Origin: an uncultured Chloroflexia bacterium
GTDB lineage: Bacteria > Chloroflexota > Anaerolineae > Anaerolineales > Anaerolineaceae
NCBI GenBank assembly: GCA_963704755.1
Contig: OY969938.1
Location: 1,470,001 to 1,502,000 of the forward strand
DNA: 32,000 nt
Direction of reading: 5' to 3'
Part shown: positions 8,593 to 17,734 of the stretch, piece after piece
Position numbering within the stretch: position 1 is the stretch's first letter
How the letters are laid out: each line of letters starts with the position of its first letter
Program-made: the position numbers and the translations under genes
Notes under the pieces: model-generated
Told to the model about the DNA's origin: nothing
Databases searched by the model: none
Seen by the model: the letters and a program-made list of their open reading frames with translations, nothing else

Positions 8593-8991
8593 ATGGCTGA
8601 ATATCAATCCATGCCTGTTATGACAGGCACAAAACCCGGAATGGTGCAAGCAATCGGCGTCATGACGCTGGTCAACGGGATCCTGAACATCCTCGCCGGA
8701 CTGGGGCTTACTTTTGGTTTCGCGGTGACCGTCGTCGGTTTGTTGTGCGTACCGTTCACGATCTTACCAACCGTCCTGGGCATTTTCGAAGTCATCTATG
8801 CCTCTAAAGTCATTGCCAACCCGCCCGTACCGGTCAAATTTTCCCAGGCCATCGCCATCCTGGAAATCTGCTGCATCCTGGTCGGCAATTTCGTCTCGAT
8901 GATCGTCGGTATCCTGGCCCTGGTGTTCTACAACGACCCGCAGGTCAAGGCATACTTTAGTACACTTAACCCGGAACCGCTCGAGGCATAG
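8593..8991 (+). CDS. Small integral membrane protein, function unknown
   Basis: 132-aa ORF with an AAAGGAG SD 8 nt upstream. It has three to four hydrophobic helices. I recognise no family. Confidence 0.75.
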   Translation: MAEYQSMPVMTGTKPGMVQAIGVMTLVNGILNILAGLGLTFGFAVTVVGLLCVPFTILPTVLGIFEVIYASKVIANPPVPVKFSQAIAILEICCILVGNFVSMIVGILALVFYNDPQVKAYFSTLNPEPLEA

Positions 8992-9079
8992 CATCCGCCG
9001 GCCAAAAATTCTGGAATTGGTGTGCGTGCAGGGGAAAAGACTACACCCACCCCAATTCCAGAAACCCTACACTTTTTTA

Positions 9080-9108
9080 TTGTAAAAAGGCTGGAAAACG
9101 GCTATATT
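9080..9108 (+). promoter_or_regulatory. Candidate sigma70-type promoter (TTGTAA-17 nt-TATATT) for the DUF4013 gene
   Basis: Hexamers lie at 9080-9085 and 9103-9108 with a 17-nt spacer. This predicts a 5' UTR of about 117 nt. Confidence 0.35.
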
Positions 9109-9231
9109 TATTTCATCAGGGAGCGCAAACAGGGAATTAAACCATGTTTGTAATGACTTAACAATCCTCCCTGATCCCCAGGTAACATCTTTGACTCATC
9201 GTTCTTATTCAATCAAGCAAGGAGGAAATTA

Positions 9232-9894
9232 ATGGATTTCGGAAAGGCATTTTCATTCGTTTTTGAAGATCCGGATTGGGCCCGAAAGGTACTCATTGCC
9301 GCGCTGGTTCTGATCATCCCCATCATCGGCGAACTGGTCGTCTTGGGTTGGGCATTGAAAATATCCCAGAACGTCATGGAAGGCAGTCCGCGGCCTTTGC
9401 CGGATATCGATTTCGGCGCCGACCTGGCCCGTGGCTTCATGGGATTTGTGATCGGTTTTGTGTACGCCCTGCCGATTACTATCGTCTCCGGTTTCTTTGG
9501 GATTGTGGATGCCGTCTTGGCCAATAGCGTCGGCAACTCCAACGGATTGGTGACCGCCTTCTCGTTGGTGTATGGCTGTTTTGGCCTGCTCGCCCTGCTC
9601 TACGGCATCGCGATGGCGTTAGTCCTGCCGGCCGCCTACACGAATTACCTGGCCAAAGGCAACCTGGGCGCAGGTTTCCACCTTGGCGAGGTCTTCGCCA
9701 TGGTCCGCCGCAATATTGGCGCTTATTTCATTGTCCTGCTGGGCTCGATCGTCGCCAGCATCATCGCTTCGGTCGGCGTGATCGCCTGTGTTATTGGCGT
9801 CCTGGCCACCGGGGCTTATTCTTACGCCATCCTGGGCCACCTTTATGGGCAGTCCTACCTGGAATCGAACAAAGCACCTCAGGTTGTAAGCTGA
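9232..9894 (+). CDS. DUF4013-family membrane protein
   Basis: A GGAGG SD lies 6 nt upstream. The N-terminus MDFGKAFSFVFEDPDWARKVLIAALVLIIPIIGELVVLGW is the typical DUF4013 opening, and several TM helices follow. Confidence 0.8.
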   Translation: MDFGKAFSFVFEDPDWARKVLIAALVLIIPIIGELVVLGWALKISQNVMEGSPRPLPDIDFGADLARGFMGFVIGFVYALPITIVSGFFGIVDAVLANSVGNSNGLVTAFSLVYGCFGLLALLYGIAMALVLPAAYTNYLAKGNLGAGFHLGEVFAMVRRNIGAYFIVLLGSIVASIIASVGVIACVIGVLATGAYSYAILGHLYGQSYLESNKAPQVVS

Positions 9895-9915
9895 CCGATT
9901 ATAGATCGAATGTAA

Positions 9916-9976
9916 AGATTACCGGAAAAAAATATTCGCAGTGCGTTGCACTGCGAATATTTTTTTCCGGTAATCT
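9916..9976. terminator. 29-bp perfect palindrome with an internal A7/T7 (bidirectional terminator between convergent genes)
   Basis: AGATTACCGGAAAAAAATATTCGCAGTGC-GTT-GCACTGCGAATATTTTTTTCCGGTAATCT lies between the stop codons at 9894 (+) and 9983 (-). Confidence 0.6.
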
Positions 9977-9982
9977 TGTTCG

Positions 9983-10564
9983 TCAGGTTTCTTCTTCCGA
10001 AAACTCTTCCACATGATAGATCAGCACAAACAGTTTCTTCTTGCGCCACAAGTTGCGGGGAGCGCCCATCTTCAGGCACAGGTTATCCAAAAAATCATGC
10101 GGGTCCGGCAGTTTTTCCCACACTTGTGGCAGAAAAGTCGCCCGTCGGTAACCATCCCGCAGCACCACCCCATCGACGCCAGGGTGCAGCAGGCCGGGTA
10201 ATTCCTCCGGCTGATTATATTCCAGCGGCTGCGGTGTGGTCAGGCAGGATATCTCGATAGAAAGCTGGCCCATTTCCTCCGGGCGCACGGGTGCGAAGCG
10301 GTAATCCTCCAGGGCGGCAGCGGCGGCGTGTTCGCGTACATCTTCGAGCAGCGGCTGGTAAGGTTCCAGCGCCCCGATACAGCCGCGCAGGTTACCCTGG
10401 CGGGTAAGCGTGACGAAAGCAGCCCCGAGTTCACTCAAGACCGGCGGGTACTCTTTCAAATCCAGCGGTTCAAGGATTCCCCCATTTACGGTCAGCTCAA
10501 TGGCTTCCCGCGCAAATTTCAGCAGAAGCGTTTTTTCCTTTTGAGATAACCCACCCTTTTCCAT
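9983..10564 (-). CDS. AMMECR1 domain protein
   Basis: 193-aa ORF. NLRGCIGALEPYQPLLEDVREHAAAAALEDYRFAPV is the AMMECR1 signature region (RGCIG). Confidence 0.9.
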   Translation of the reverse strand: MEKGGLSQKEKTLLLKFAREAIELTVNGGILEPLDLKEYPPVLSELGAAFVTLTRQGNLRGCIGALEPYQPLLEDVREHAAAAALEDYRFAPVRPEEMGQLSIEISCLTTPQPLEYNQPEELPGLLHPGVDGVVLRDGYRRATFLPQVWEKLPDPHDFLDNLCLKMGAPRNLWRKKKLFVLIYHVEEFSEEET

Positions 10565-10576
10565 AGTAAAGACCTG

Positions 10577-11065
10577 TCATTCTGCCAGCCGGTGATAGAT
10601 CCGGTTGTGGTAAACCAGCGGTTTGCCTTCATGGGTGTGCTTGACTGCCACAACTTCGCCGACGTACAGCACCGAATTGGGTGACTCGAATTTATGAACG
10701 ACCCGGCAGTCCAGGCCAACCAGTCCCTCGCTCAATAAAGGCACACCACTAACAAGTGAATAAACCTCCAGGCCATAAAACCGGTCTTCGTCTTCAGGAA
10801 TCCTCCCCGCAAACCGGTCAGAAATATCGGCCTGATATTCTGATAATATTGTAATGCCAAACACCTCGGATTGATCAACCATTCGCTGGGTCTTTGCATT
10901 TCTGGCAAGTGAAACGCTGACCAGGGCCGGCTCAAGTGAAATCGAAGTAAATGAGTTAACGGTCATGCCGTGGGTAACCCCTTCATCGATCGTCGAAAGG
11001 ACCGCTACTCCACTGGCCCAGTGCCGCATGGCGTGGCGTAGAATTTCGGGACGAATCTCAGCCAT
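10577..11065 (-). CDS. Flavin reductase-like (FMN-binding split-barrel) protein
   Basis: ASGVAVLSTIDEGVTHGMTVNSFTSISLEPALVSVSL is typical of the flavin reductase domain. I prefer the ATG at 11065 (MAEIRPEIL, GGAG 5 nt upstream) to the upstream start at 11149 in the ORF track. Confidence 0.85.
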   Translation of the reverse strand: MAEIRPEILRHAMRHWASGVAVLSTIDEGVTHGMTVNSFTSISLEPALVSVSLARNAKTQRMVDQSEVFGITILSEYQADISDRFAGRIPEDEDRFYGLEVYSLVSGVPLLSEGLVGLDCRVVHKFESPNSVLYVGEVVAVKHTHEGKPLVYHNRIYHRLAE

Positions 11066-11395
11066 TGCATCTCCAATCACACCTGCCGGGCGGCTGTCCG
11101 CCCTGGCAAGTATATTGCACCATAAAAGATATCTTTTGTAACTTCGCAACTACTCCGGGAAACAAGGTGCCGTATTTATTTTCTGCCCAAAAAGCCCGCA
11201 GTGAATAAAGACCACCTGGCTCCAGACTTTAAATAGTTATATCCCTTCTTTATACTTTTCGGCATAGGCCGAGTCAAGGGTGGTGTAAAATAACCGTACT
11301 TGCATAAATTCCTCGAAAGGGACCTGATTTGAGGTGCTGGGGGCGCCAGCTCGCATGTGCAAACACATCAAATTGGGCGCAATGCTCATAAAAAA

Positions 11396-11507
11396 GTAAC
11401 TGCTCAGGCAAGTGCGCAAGGCGAGGGTGTTTTTATTATTTTTTGTGCGCTTCGCGCAAAAAAAATAATAAAAACACCCTAAACCTCTGCGGTAGCTAAG
11501 TAGTTAC
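11396..11507 (+). mobile_element. 112-bp MITE with a hairpin core (copy E2)
   Basis: Same architecture as E1, with a perfect 8-bp direct duplication ATAAAAAA on both sides (11388-11395 and 11508-11515). Confidence 0.9.
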
Positions 11508-11660
11508 ATAAAAAAGAGAGTTTTTCCTGAACCGGTCAAACACTTGATTTATTCGCTTTTCTTGAGGTACTATTCCTTATAATCGATCCAGAAAAAGTAC
11601 TCTCGCAGGAGCGAGAAGCAGCTTATTACGATTTACCAGGAGAACCCTGGAGAACCCTTC

Positions 11661-12482
11661 ATGACCAACTTGCCTGACGAGCACTTTTCAACCGAATCAG
11701 AACCCGAGCCCCCCAAGAGCAATCACGCTTTCAGTGCATTGTGGACCATCCTGACCGTTGCGTTGGTGATGGCGACGCTCTTTACCCTGTGGACGCCCGC
11801 CAACCTGTTCTCCAATCAAATGCTGGATAACATGTTTCAGGCCTGGCAGGCCAACCCGACCCTCACCTACCCGACCCCCACTTCGTTACCCAAGCAAAAA
11901 ATCGGGATTGTGGCCGGGCACTGGGGCAACGATTCGGGAGCAGTTTGCCCGGATGGGCTGACCGAGCAGCAGGTCAATTTGGATATTGCCAGCCGGGTCC
12001 AACAGCAGTTGATCGCCGCCGGTTACGACGTGGATTTGCTGCAAGAGTTCGATCCCAAGCTGACGGAATATCAGGCCCTGGCGCTGGTTTCGATCCACAA
12101 CGATTCGTGCGACTACATCAACGACGAGGCCACCGGTTTCAAGGTGGCGGCTGCCGCTTCCAGCGCTTACCCGGAAAAAGCCGATCGCTTGAGCGCCTGC
12201 CTGATCGATCGCTACGCCAAAACAACCGGCCTGAAGTTCCACCCCAACTCAATCACTCCGGATATGACCCAGTACCACACCTTCCGCGAGATCAACAGCA
12301 ACACCACCGCGGCTATCATCGAGACCGGCTTTCTTAATCTCGATCGGACGATCCTGACTCAACACCCGGACCTGGTCGCCCAGGGGGTGACGAACGGGAT
12401 CCTGTGTTTCGTGCGTAACGAATCCATTAGCACAACGGCCACACCAGACAGTACAGTTCCCGCTACAACGACGGCACCATGA
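11661..12482 (+). CDS. N-acetylmuramoyl-L-alanine amidase (Amidase_3 family), membrane-anchored
   Basis: The N-terminal TM helix is followed by IGIVAGHWGNDSGAV...LVSIHNDSC...IETGFLN, the Amidase_3 metal-ligand pattern. It overlaps the next gene by 4 nt (ATGA). Confidence 0.9.
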   Translation: MTNLPDEHFSTESEPEPPKSNHAFSALWTILTVALVMATLFTLWTPANLFSNQMLDNMFQAWQANPTLTYPTPTSLPKQKIGIVAGHWGNDSGAVCPDGLTEQQVNLDIASRVQQQLIAAGYDVDLLQEFDPKLTEYQALALVSIHNDSCDYINDEATGFKVAAAASSAYPEKADRLSACLIDRYAKTTGLKFHPNSITPDMTQYHTFREINSNTTAAIIETGFLNLDRTILTQHPDLVAQGVTNGILCFVRNESISTTATPDSTVPATTTAP

Positions 12483-13630
12483 GCTCATCCACCAGCGACC
12501 AGGCACGTTCACTGATTCTCCAGGCCCATACTGCGCTTCGCCAAAAGCAGTTGGCGGAAGCCCGCCGCCTGGCCCAACTGGCTTCTCAGCTCGATCCTGA
12601 CCTGGAAGAACCCTGGTTGATCCTGGCCGGTCTTTCGGCCCCCCAGGACAGTGTGGACTATCTCAACCGGGCCCTGGCCATCAACCCGGCCAGTGAACGG
12701 GCCCGCCAGGGCATGCACTGGGCTGTGGCGCGCCTGCGCCAGTCGATCCTCGCCCAGGCCACCATACAAATTCCGCCGGAAGAGACCCAGGCCGTTAAAT
12801 CCCGCCCGGAACCCGCTACTACCCAGCCGGTGACGCCCAGGCCGGTCGTCCCTGCGCCGCTCGAAGATACCCGTCCGGTGCAGATCAAGTCGGAGCCACG
12901 GCCTACCCCTGAACCTGAAAACAAGGGCAAAAAGAAGAACCGTCATTGGCTGCCCTGGATGATCGCCGGGGACTTGATCCTGCTGGGAGTGCTGACCATT
13001 TTGATCCTATCCCTGGTGTTTCCCGCCACCCAGGTCGCCCAGGCCGGCGACCCGGCTTCGGCCCGCCCGGTTGGGGCCTTGCAAAAGCCCTCTCTGACGG
13101 CGACCTATACCAATACCTTTACCCCCACTCCAACATATACCTTCACCCCGACACCGACCAATACCCCCATACCGACCGCGACCGAAACACCGCTGCCGAC
13201 GAATACCCCTACCGATACCCTGGTACCCACCGGCGCTCCACCGGTCGTTGGAGATGTGCCGGCCGATATTTCGTCCGGGGAACACTGGATCGATGTCAAC
13301 CTGAGCGAGCAGATGGTATACGCCTACGAAGGCGATGCGCTGGTCAACAGTTTCCTGGTCTCTACCGGTACGGCTCAATACCCCACCGTCACCGGCCAAT
13401 ACCGGATTTACGTGAAATACCGTTATACCGATATGTCCGGCCCGGGCTATTACCTGCCCGATGTGCCCTACACCATGTACTTCTACCAGGGTTACGGGCT
13501 GCACGGCACCTACTGGCACAATAATTTCGGCCACCCAATGAGCCATGGATGCGTCAACCTGCGCACTGAAGACGCGGCCTGGCTGTACAGCTTCGCGGAC
13601 GTCGGCACATTGGTCAACGTCCATTACTGA
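12479..13630 (+). CDS. L,D-transpeptidase (YkuD domain) with an N-terminal TPR-like region, a TM helix and a PT-rich linker
   Basis: The C-terminal HGTYWHNNFGHPMSHGCVNLRTEDAAWLY contains the YkuD catalytic H...SHGC motif. The linker reads TYTNTFTPTPTYTFTPTPTNTPIPTATETPLPTNTPTDT. Confidence 0.9.
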   Translation: MSSSTSDQARSLILQAHTALRQKQLAEARRLAQLASQLDPDLEEPWLILAGLSAPQDSVDYLNRALAINPASERARQGMHWAVARLRQSILAQATIQIPPEETQAVKSRPEPATTQPVTPRPVVPAPLEDTRPVQIKSEPRPTPEPENKGKKKNRHWLPWMIAGDLILLGVLTILILSLVFPATQVAQAGDPASARPVGALQKPSLTATYTNTFTPTPTYTFTPTPTNTPIPTATETPLPTNTPTDTLVPTGAPPVVGDVPADISSGEHWIDVNLSEQMVYAYEGDALVNSFLVSTGTAQYPTVTGQYRIYVKYRYTDMSGPGYYLPDVPYTMYFYQGYGLHGTYWHNNFGHPMSHGCVNLRTEDAAWLYSFADVGTLVNVHY

Positions 13631-13767
13631 TTCTGGCCTGACCTGCTCCTCATTTTCGAGGCGCAGCGTTGGATGAGATCTGCCGGGGCGAACTTATCCC
13701 CCGGTGATTTCCACAATTTCAATCATTCAATGACCTCGATTCATTCGAGTTATGGGATAATTAGATC

Positions 13768-14187
13768 ATGCATAAACCGCTTTTTGAAGGACTGGTTATA
13801 GACGAAAACGATAACCCCGTCAGCACCACCTACGTGGGCGAAGAGCCCATGTACATTATCGATGACGCCGGCTTCAAACGCCACATTCCAGCCGAGCAGG
13901 TCGATCAGCAGGTACTGAATATCATCAAAGAGCAGATTTCTGGCAACGAGGGCCTGATTAGCGAGCAAACTGCCAAAATGTTAGGGCAGGAAGATATTTT
14001 TACCAAGGCAGCCATCGAGAACCAGATCAGCAACATCGACAAACAATTCGACCAGCTCATGCAGATGGGTATCCCCGAAGAAGGTCGCGCTTACATGGGG
14101 ATGATGGGGTTTAAAGTGGTTATCGATTTCCACGGTGATGTGATCCGGCTCGACCAGCCCGCTGCTACGGATGAAGGGGACGAATAA
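13768..14187 (+). CDS. Hypothetical acidic protein
   Basis: 139-aa ORF with coding-like composition. I recognise no motif. Confidence 0.6.
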   Translation: MHKPLFEGLVIDENDNPVSTTYVGEEPMYIIDDAGFKRHIPAEQVDQQVLNIIKEQISGNEGLISEQTAKMLGQEDIFTKAAIENQISNIDKQFDQLMQMGIPEEGRAYMGMMGFKVVIDFHGDVIRLDQPAATDEGDE

Positions 14188-14256
14188 GCCCTCATTCCTG
14201 CCTTATCCTGTATTCCAATACAAATCTAATAGACGACAGGTAAAATAACCTGGATA

Positions 14257-14317
14257 CTCAGTTACGGATTAAGGAATTCCCGAATTGGGGTTCTTCCCCG
14301 CCAGGCTGAGTGGTTAC
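14257..14317 (-). mobile_element. Degenerate or rearranged MITE-like copy (short form)
   Basis: The reverse complement reads GTAACCACTCAGCC-TGGCG-GGGAAGAACCCCAATTCG..., matching 4800-4839 and 20421-20456. The far end (CTCAGTTAC) is in the wrong orientation and no target duplication is visible. Confidence 0.45.
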
Positions 14318-14369
14318 CAAATTACAACTAGACATGGCCTGTAAATGGATCGCCGTGCCGGAGCAAAGA

Positions 14370-14894
14370 ATGCAATCTGAAAGAATAATCGAAGAAATGA
14401 AGCTGGTTTTTCGAGATATGCCTTTTGGGATTACGCATTCGCTTAAAGTCTTGCACAATGCCGAACAGATCATGGCAGCCGAAGGTTATCCAGAGGAAAA
14501 GCGCGAGCTGGTCCGGGCGGTAGCTATCTTGCACGACACCGGCGCGGTAGAAGCCAAACGCAAATACGGGTCCATCGACTCATGCTACCAGGAATTGGAA
14601 GGCCCGGGCGAAGCCAGGAAGATTCTCAGCAAAATTGGCTACCCGCCTGCGGATATCGAGAGGATTGCTTATATCATCGGCGCCCACCACAGCCCGGAAA
14701 AAATCGACGGGCTCGATTTTCAAATTCAATGGGATGCCGACCTGCTGGAAAATTTGCAGTCGCAAAAATTCGAGAACGATGGCCAGGCTAAAGAGTACAT
14801 CGAAGCCAACTTCACCACTGTTAGCGGTAAAGCTCTGGCCTACCGGCGAATATTTCCAGGCGCAACACCCTCCCCTGCACAGGACTTAAATTAA
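14370..14894 (+). CDS. HD-domain phosphohydrolase
   Basis: H...HD signature: THSLKVLHNAEQI ... AILHDTG ... IIGAHHS. The start is uncertain: GTG 14310 (inside the MITE copy), ATG 14334, or ATG 14370 (GGAG 6 nt upstream). I chose the last. Confidence 0.8.
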   Translation: MQSERIIEEMKLVFRDMPFGITHSLKVLHNAEQIMAAEGYPEEKRELVRAVAILHDTGAVEAKRKYGSIDSCYQELEGPGEARKILSKIGYPPADIERIAYIIGAHHSPEKIDGLDFQIQWDADLLENLQSQKFENDGQAKEYIEANFTTVSGKALAYRRIFPGATPSPAQDLN

Positions 14895-14945
14895 AATTAT
14901 AGTGGACGCGATATTCCCGGTCGCAGCGCACAGCGGAGAAACAAG

Positions 14946-15779
14946 ATGATGTCACCCGAATTTATTATTAATGTAACCGAAGCTGATTTTGAATACGAAG
15001 TACTGGCATATTCGCAAAATGTGCCGGTTGTGGTTGATTTTTGGGCCGAATGGTGCCGCCCGTGCAAAGCACTGGGTGCCCAATTGGAAGCGCTGGCCCG
15101 TGAGGCCCACGGCAGTTTCCGCCTGGCGCGGGTCAACGTGGACGAAAACCCTAACCTGGCTGCTCACTATTCGGTCCGCTCCATCCCCACCGTGAAGGCT
15201 TTTTCGAGCGGCGAAGTGGTCAGCGAGTTCGTGGGGGCACTGCCGGAAGAACGCATCCGTGAGTTTGTCGAAAATATCATGCCGCCTTCACCGGCCACGC
15301 TGGGCATCGAAAAAGGCATGAGCCTGCTGGCTGATGAAGAGTGGGTCGAGGCAGAGGACATATTCAATGAGGTTCTGGAACAAAGCCCGGATAACCCGGC
15401 CGCACTGCTCGGTCTGGCGCGGGCCTTGCTGGCCCAGGGCAAAACCCGTGACAGCCTGGGGATCCTCAATACATTCCCGGCCAGCAAATATTACCCCCAC
15501 GCCGAAGCCCTGCTGCCCCTGGCCGGAGCGCTAAAAGATTTGCCCCACCATCCGGCCGGTGAAGAAGACGACGAGAACGCTGCCGCCTACTGGAATGCAG
15601 TCCGCCTGGCTTCGCGCGGGATGGTACCGGCTGCGATCGATGGGCTGCTGGACCTGTTACGCCAGGACCGCCGTTACCAGGCCGCCCGGGTACTGGCGCT
15701 TAGCCTGTTCGAGCTGCTCGGTGAAGAAAACCCCCTCACCCGCCCCTATCGCAATGAATTAGGGAGTATCTTGTTTTAG
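14946..15779 (+). CDS. Thioredoxin-domain protein with a C-terminal TPR-like domain (YbbN/CnoX-like architecture)
   Basis: VVVDFWAEWCRPCKAL is a Trx fold with a CxxC motif, followed by a helical repeat region of about 160 aa. A GGAG SD lies upstream. Confidence 0.9.
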   Translation: MMSPEFIINVTEADFEYEVLAYSQNVPVVVDFWAEWCRPCKALGAQLEALAREAHGSFRLARVNVDENPNLAAHYSVRSIPTVKAFSSGEVVSEFVGALPEERIREFVENIMPPSPATLGIEKGMSLLADEEWVEAEDIFNEVLEQSPDNPAALLGLARALLAQGKTRDSLGILNTFPASKYYPHAEALLPLAGALKDLPHHPAGEEDDENAAAYWNAVRLASRGMVPAAIDGLLDLLRQDRRYQAARVLALSLFELLGEENPLTRPYRNELGSILF

Positions 15780-15780
15780 G

Positions 15781-15914
15781 AAGAGAATAGAGATTAGAGA
15801 ATAGTAACAAGGCAACAAGGCAACGAGGATCGCAAACTTTTTCCTCGTTGCCTTGTTACTTATTGCCTCGTTGCTCTCTTACTATTTTCTCTTCTCTATT
15901 CTCTATTCCCTTTC
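15781..15914. repeat. Imperfect palindrome of about 130 bp with (A/G)AGGCAA(C/T) octamer repeats, between convergent genes
   Basis: The inner stem is CAAGGCAACGAGGA / TCCTCGTTGCCTTG. The outer arms GAGAATAGAGATTAGAGAATAG and CTCTTCTCTATTCTCTATTC are partly complementary. Confidence 0.6.
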
Positions 15915-16880
15915 CTACCTCGTCAACGTCATCTGCGCCCAGGTGGTTGGGTCGGCCAGGCTGCGGTCGGGCAGGTTGGAGACCATCGACTGCTGCACGT
16001 TTTGAGACGGATTGTCGTTATCCGAGGCGGACACGCCAAAACCGTATTGCTGCCCGGCAGCAGGGGTAATACCGTACAGGCTCCAGGGGATGGCGGCTTC
16101 TACGCGGTAAACCCCATTGCCGCCGGTCGAGGCGATTTTCACCTGCGTACGCGAGCCCTGCACATTCGAGGGGAAATACAGGTAAGCTTCTTTGGTACCG
16201 CTGGTATTGGGGTTACCCGGTGAAATCACCAACTGGTAATCGTCGCTGGACAACTGGTGCGAACCGAAATCACCGTAAAGATTGGTGTCCAGCAGCAATT
16301 CGATGGAATCCCCTTTAAAAATATCCGCTCCGCTGGCGTTTTGGACATATTTGTCGTCGATCACCTTGACTGCCAGGTAGAGATAGGTTTCATCCCACCC
16401 GATGCGATAGGACGCTTGCAGATCATCGGAGTTGGCGACGTTTTGCTTGCCATAAACGATATACTTGGCCGGATAAGCGGTCGTCTTCCACTCATCCCAA
16501 ACTCCATCCAGCACCGGCGGAGTGCTGAGGTAAGGCACATTGATCTGCCCGGCCGCCCGGGACTGCTCGGTCGGCGTGGCCGGCGGTGCGACCGGTACGG
16601 CGGTGGCCGTCGGTGCCGTGGTCACGACGATAATTGGCTGGGTGGGCACTGGGGTAGGCGCACTCACGGTCGTTCCGCCTGGGGCTGCGACTGTGGGGGT
16701 CGATACATCAAATGGCAGGGTAGCCTGTGGGGTAATAATGTTAAATAATGCCGTCATGGTCATATTGGGGGTGGGTTCTGATGAAGTCGGTTCGATGCTG
16801 TTGGCGGGAAGGTTACACGCCAGCACTGCCAGGACCAACGCCAAAATAGCCGCACCAACCCGAATTCGCTTTTTGCTCAT
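15915..16880 (-). CDS. Secreted lipoprotein with a PT-rich linker and a CBM9/DOMON-like carbohydrate-binding-type domain
   Basis: The lipobox-like signal is MSKKRIRVGAAILALVLAVLAC. The C-terminal VLDGVWDEW...ASYRIGWDETYLYLAVKVIDDKYV...GDSIELLLD resembles the CBM9-like family. A GGAG SD is present. Confidence 0.8.
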   Translation of the reverse strand: MSKKRIRVGAAILALVLAVLACNLPANSIEPTSSEPTPNMTMTALFNIITPQATLPFDVSTPTVAAPGGTTVSAPTPVPTQPIIVVTTAPTATAVPVAPPATPTEQSRAAGQINVPYLSTPPVLDGVWDEWKTTAYPAKYIVYGKQNVANSDDLQASYRIGWDETYLYLAVKVIDDKYVQNASGADIFKGDSIELLLDTNLYGDFGSHQLSSDDYQLVISPGNPNTSGTKEAYLYFPSNVQGSRTQVKIASTGGNGVYRVEAAIPWSLYGITPAAGQQYGFGVSASDNDNPSQNVQQSMVSNLPDRSLADPTTWAQMTLTR

Positions 16881-17038
16881 GGTCTTCTCCTTCTAATGCA
16901 ATCTATTAATTCGCTTGCGACCATACTAAAGACGAAAAACCGGTTGTAATGTTCCCTCATTTTACGCCAGCCTATTTCTCGTCGTACGAGCCCACTTGAT
17001 ACTCAGTTATAATCAATAATGATCGTAACGAAAAGACT

Positions 17039-17731
17039 ATGGAAGCCTCAAATTTGACCCCTGTCCCTGTCAAGCTGCGCACCAACCTGGAAATCCGGGT
17101 GGTTTTGTTCACCTTAATGGATAACCGTTTGCAACTATTGCTCCAGCCCAGCAGCGACGAGCAATACGGCGGCTTTTGGGTCTTGCCCGCCTCGGGAATC
17201 TCTCCGGCCAAATCGTTGGAGGAATCGGCTACCCAGTGCATCGAATCACTGACCGGGTTGAAGGAAGTCTACCTGGAGCAGTTGTACACTTTCGGCGAAC
17301 CCGAACGCCACGCGGGCAAACGACTGATCTCGGTGGTCTATTTTGCCCTCATCCCGGCCAATTCGCTGGAAGAACGCAGTCCATCCGGCCTGGAGAGTCA
17401 TTGGTACGCCCTGGATAACCTGCCTCAACTGGCCATGGATCACAACGAAATCCTGGGATATGCCTTGCGCCGCCTGCGCTACAAGCTGGAATACACCGCG
17501 GTCGGCTTCGAACTGCTCCCACCCACCTTTACCTTGAGCGAATTACAGCACACCTACGAGCTGATCCTGGGGGAAAAGCTCGACAAGCGCAATTTCCGCC
17601 GGCGCATCCTGGAAGCCAATATCATCGAAGCCACGCCTTACCGCCGCATGGGCGAAGGACGCCCGGCCCAGCTTTACCGCTACCGCCCGGATGCCGTCGC
17701 CGAGGTCAAGGCCCGGCGCCTCTTCCCATAA
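17039..17731 (+). CDS. NrtR-like regulator (degenerate Nudix domain plus C-terminal winged helix)
   Basis: A Nudix-fold N-terminal half has a degenerate Nudix box. The C-terminal half, ALRRLRYKLEYTAVGFELLPPTFTLSELQHTYELILGEKLDKRNFRRRI, is typical of NrtR-family proteins. Confidence 0.8.
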   Translation: MEASNLTPVPVKLRTNLEIRVVLFTLMDNRLQLLLQPSSDEQYGGFWVLPASGISPAKSLEESATQCIESLTGLKEVYLEQLYTFGEPERHAGKRLISVVYFALIPANSLEERSPSGLESHWYALDNLPQLAMDHNEILGYALRRLRYKLEYTAVGFELLPPTFTLSELQHTYELILGEKLDKRNFRRRILEANIIEATPYRRMGEGRPAQLYRYRPDAVAEVKARRLFP

Positions 17732-17734
17732 TAA

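Noticed and set aside
11237-11419. A 60-aa ORF on the minus strand in the divergent gap upstream of the amidase gene.
   Set aside because: It begins with TTG inside MITE copy E2, has no SD, is AT-rich, and shows no recognisable similarity.
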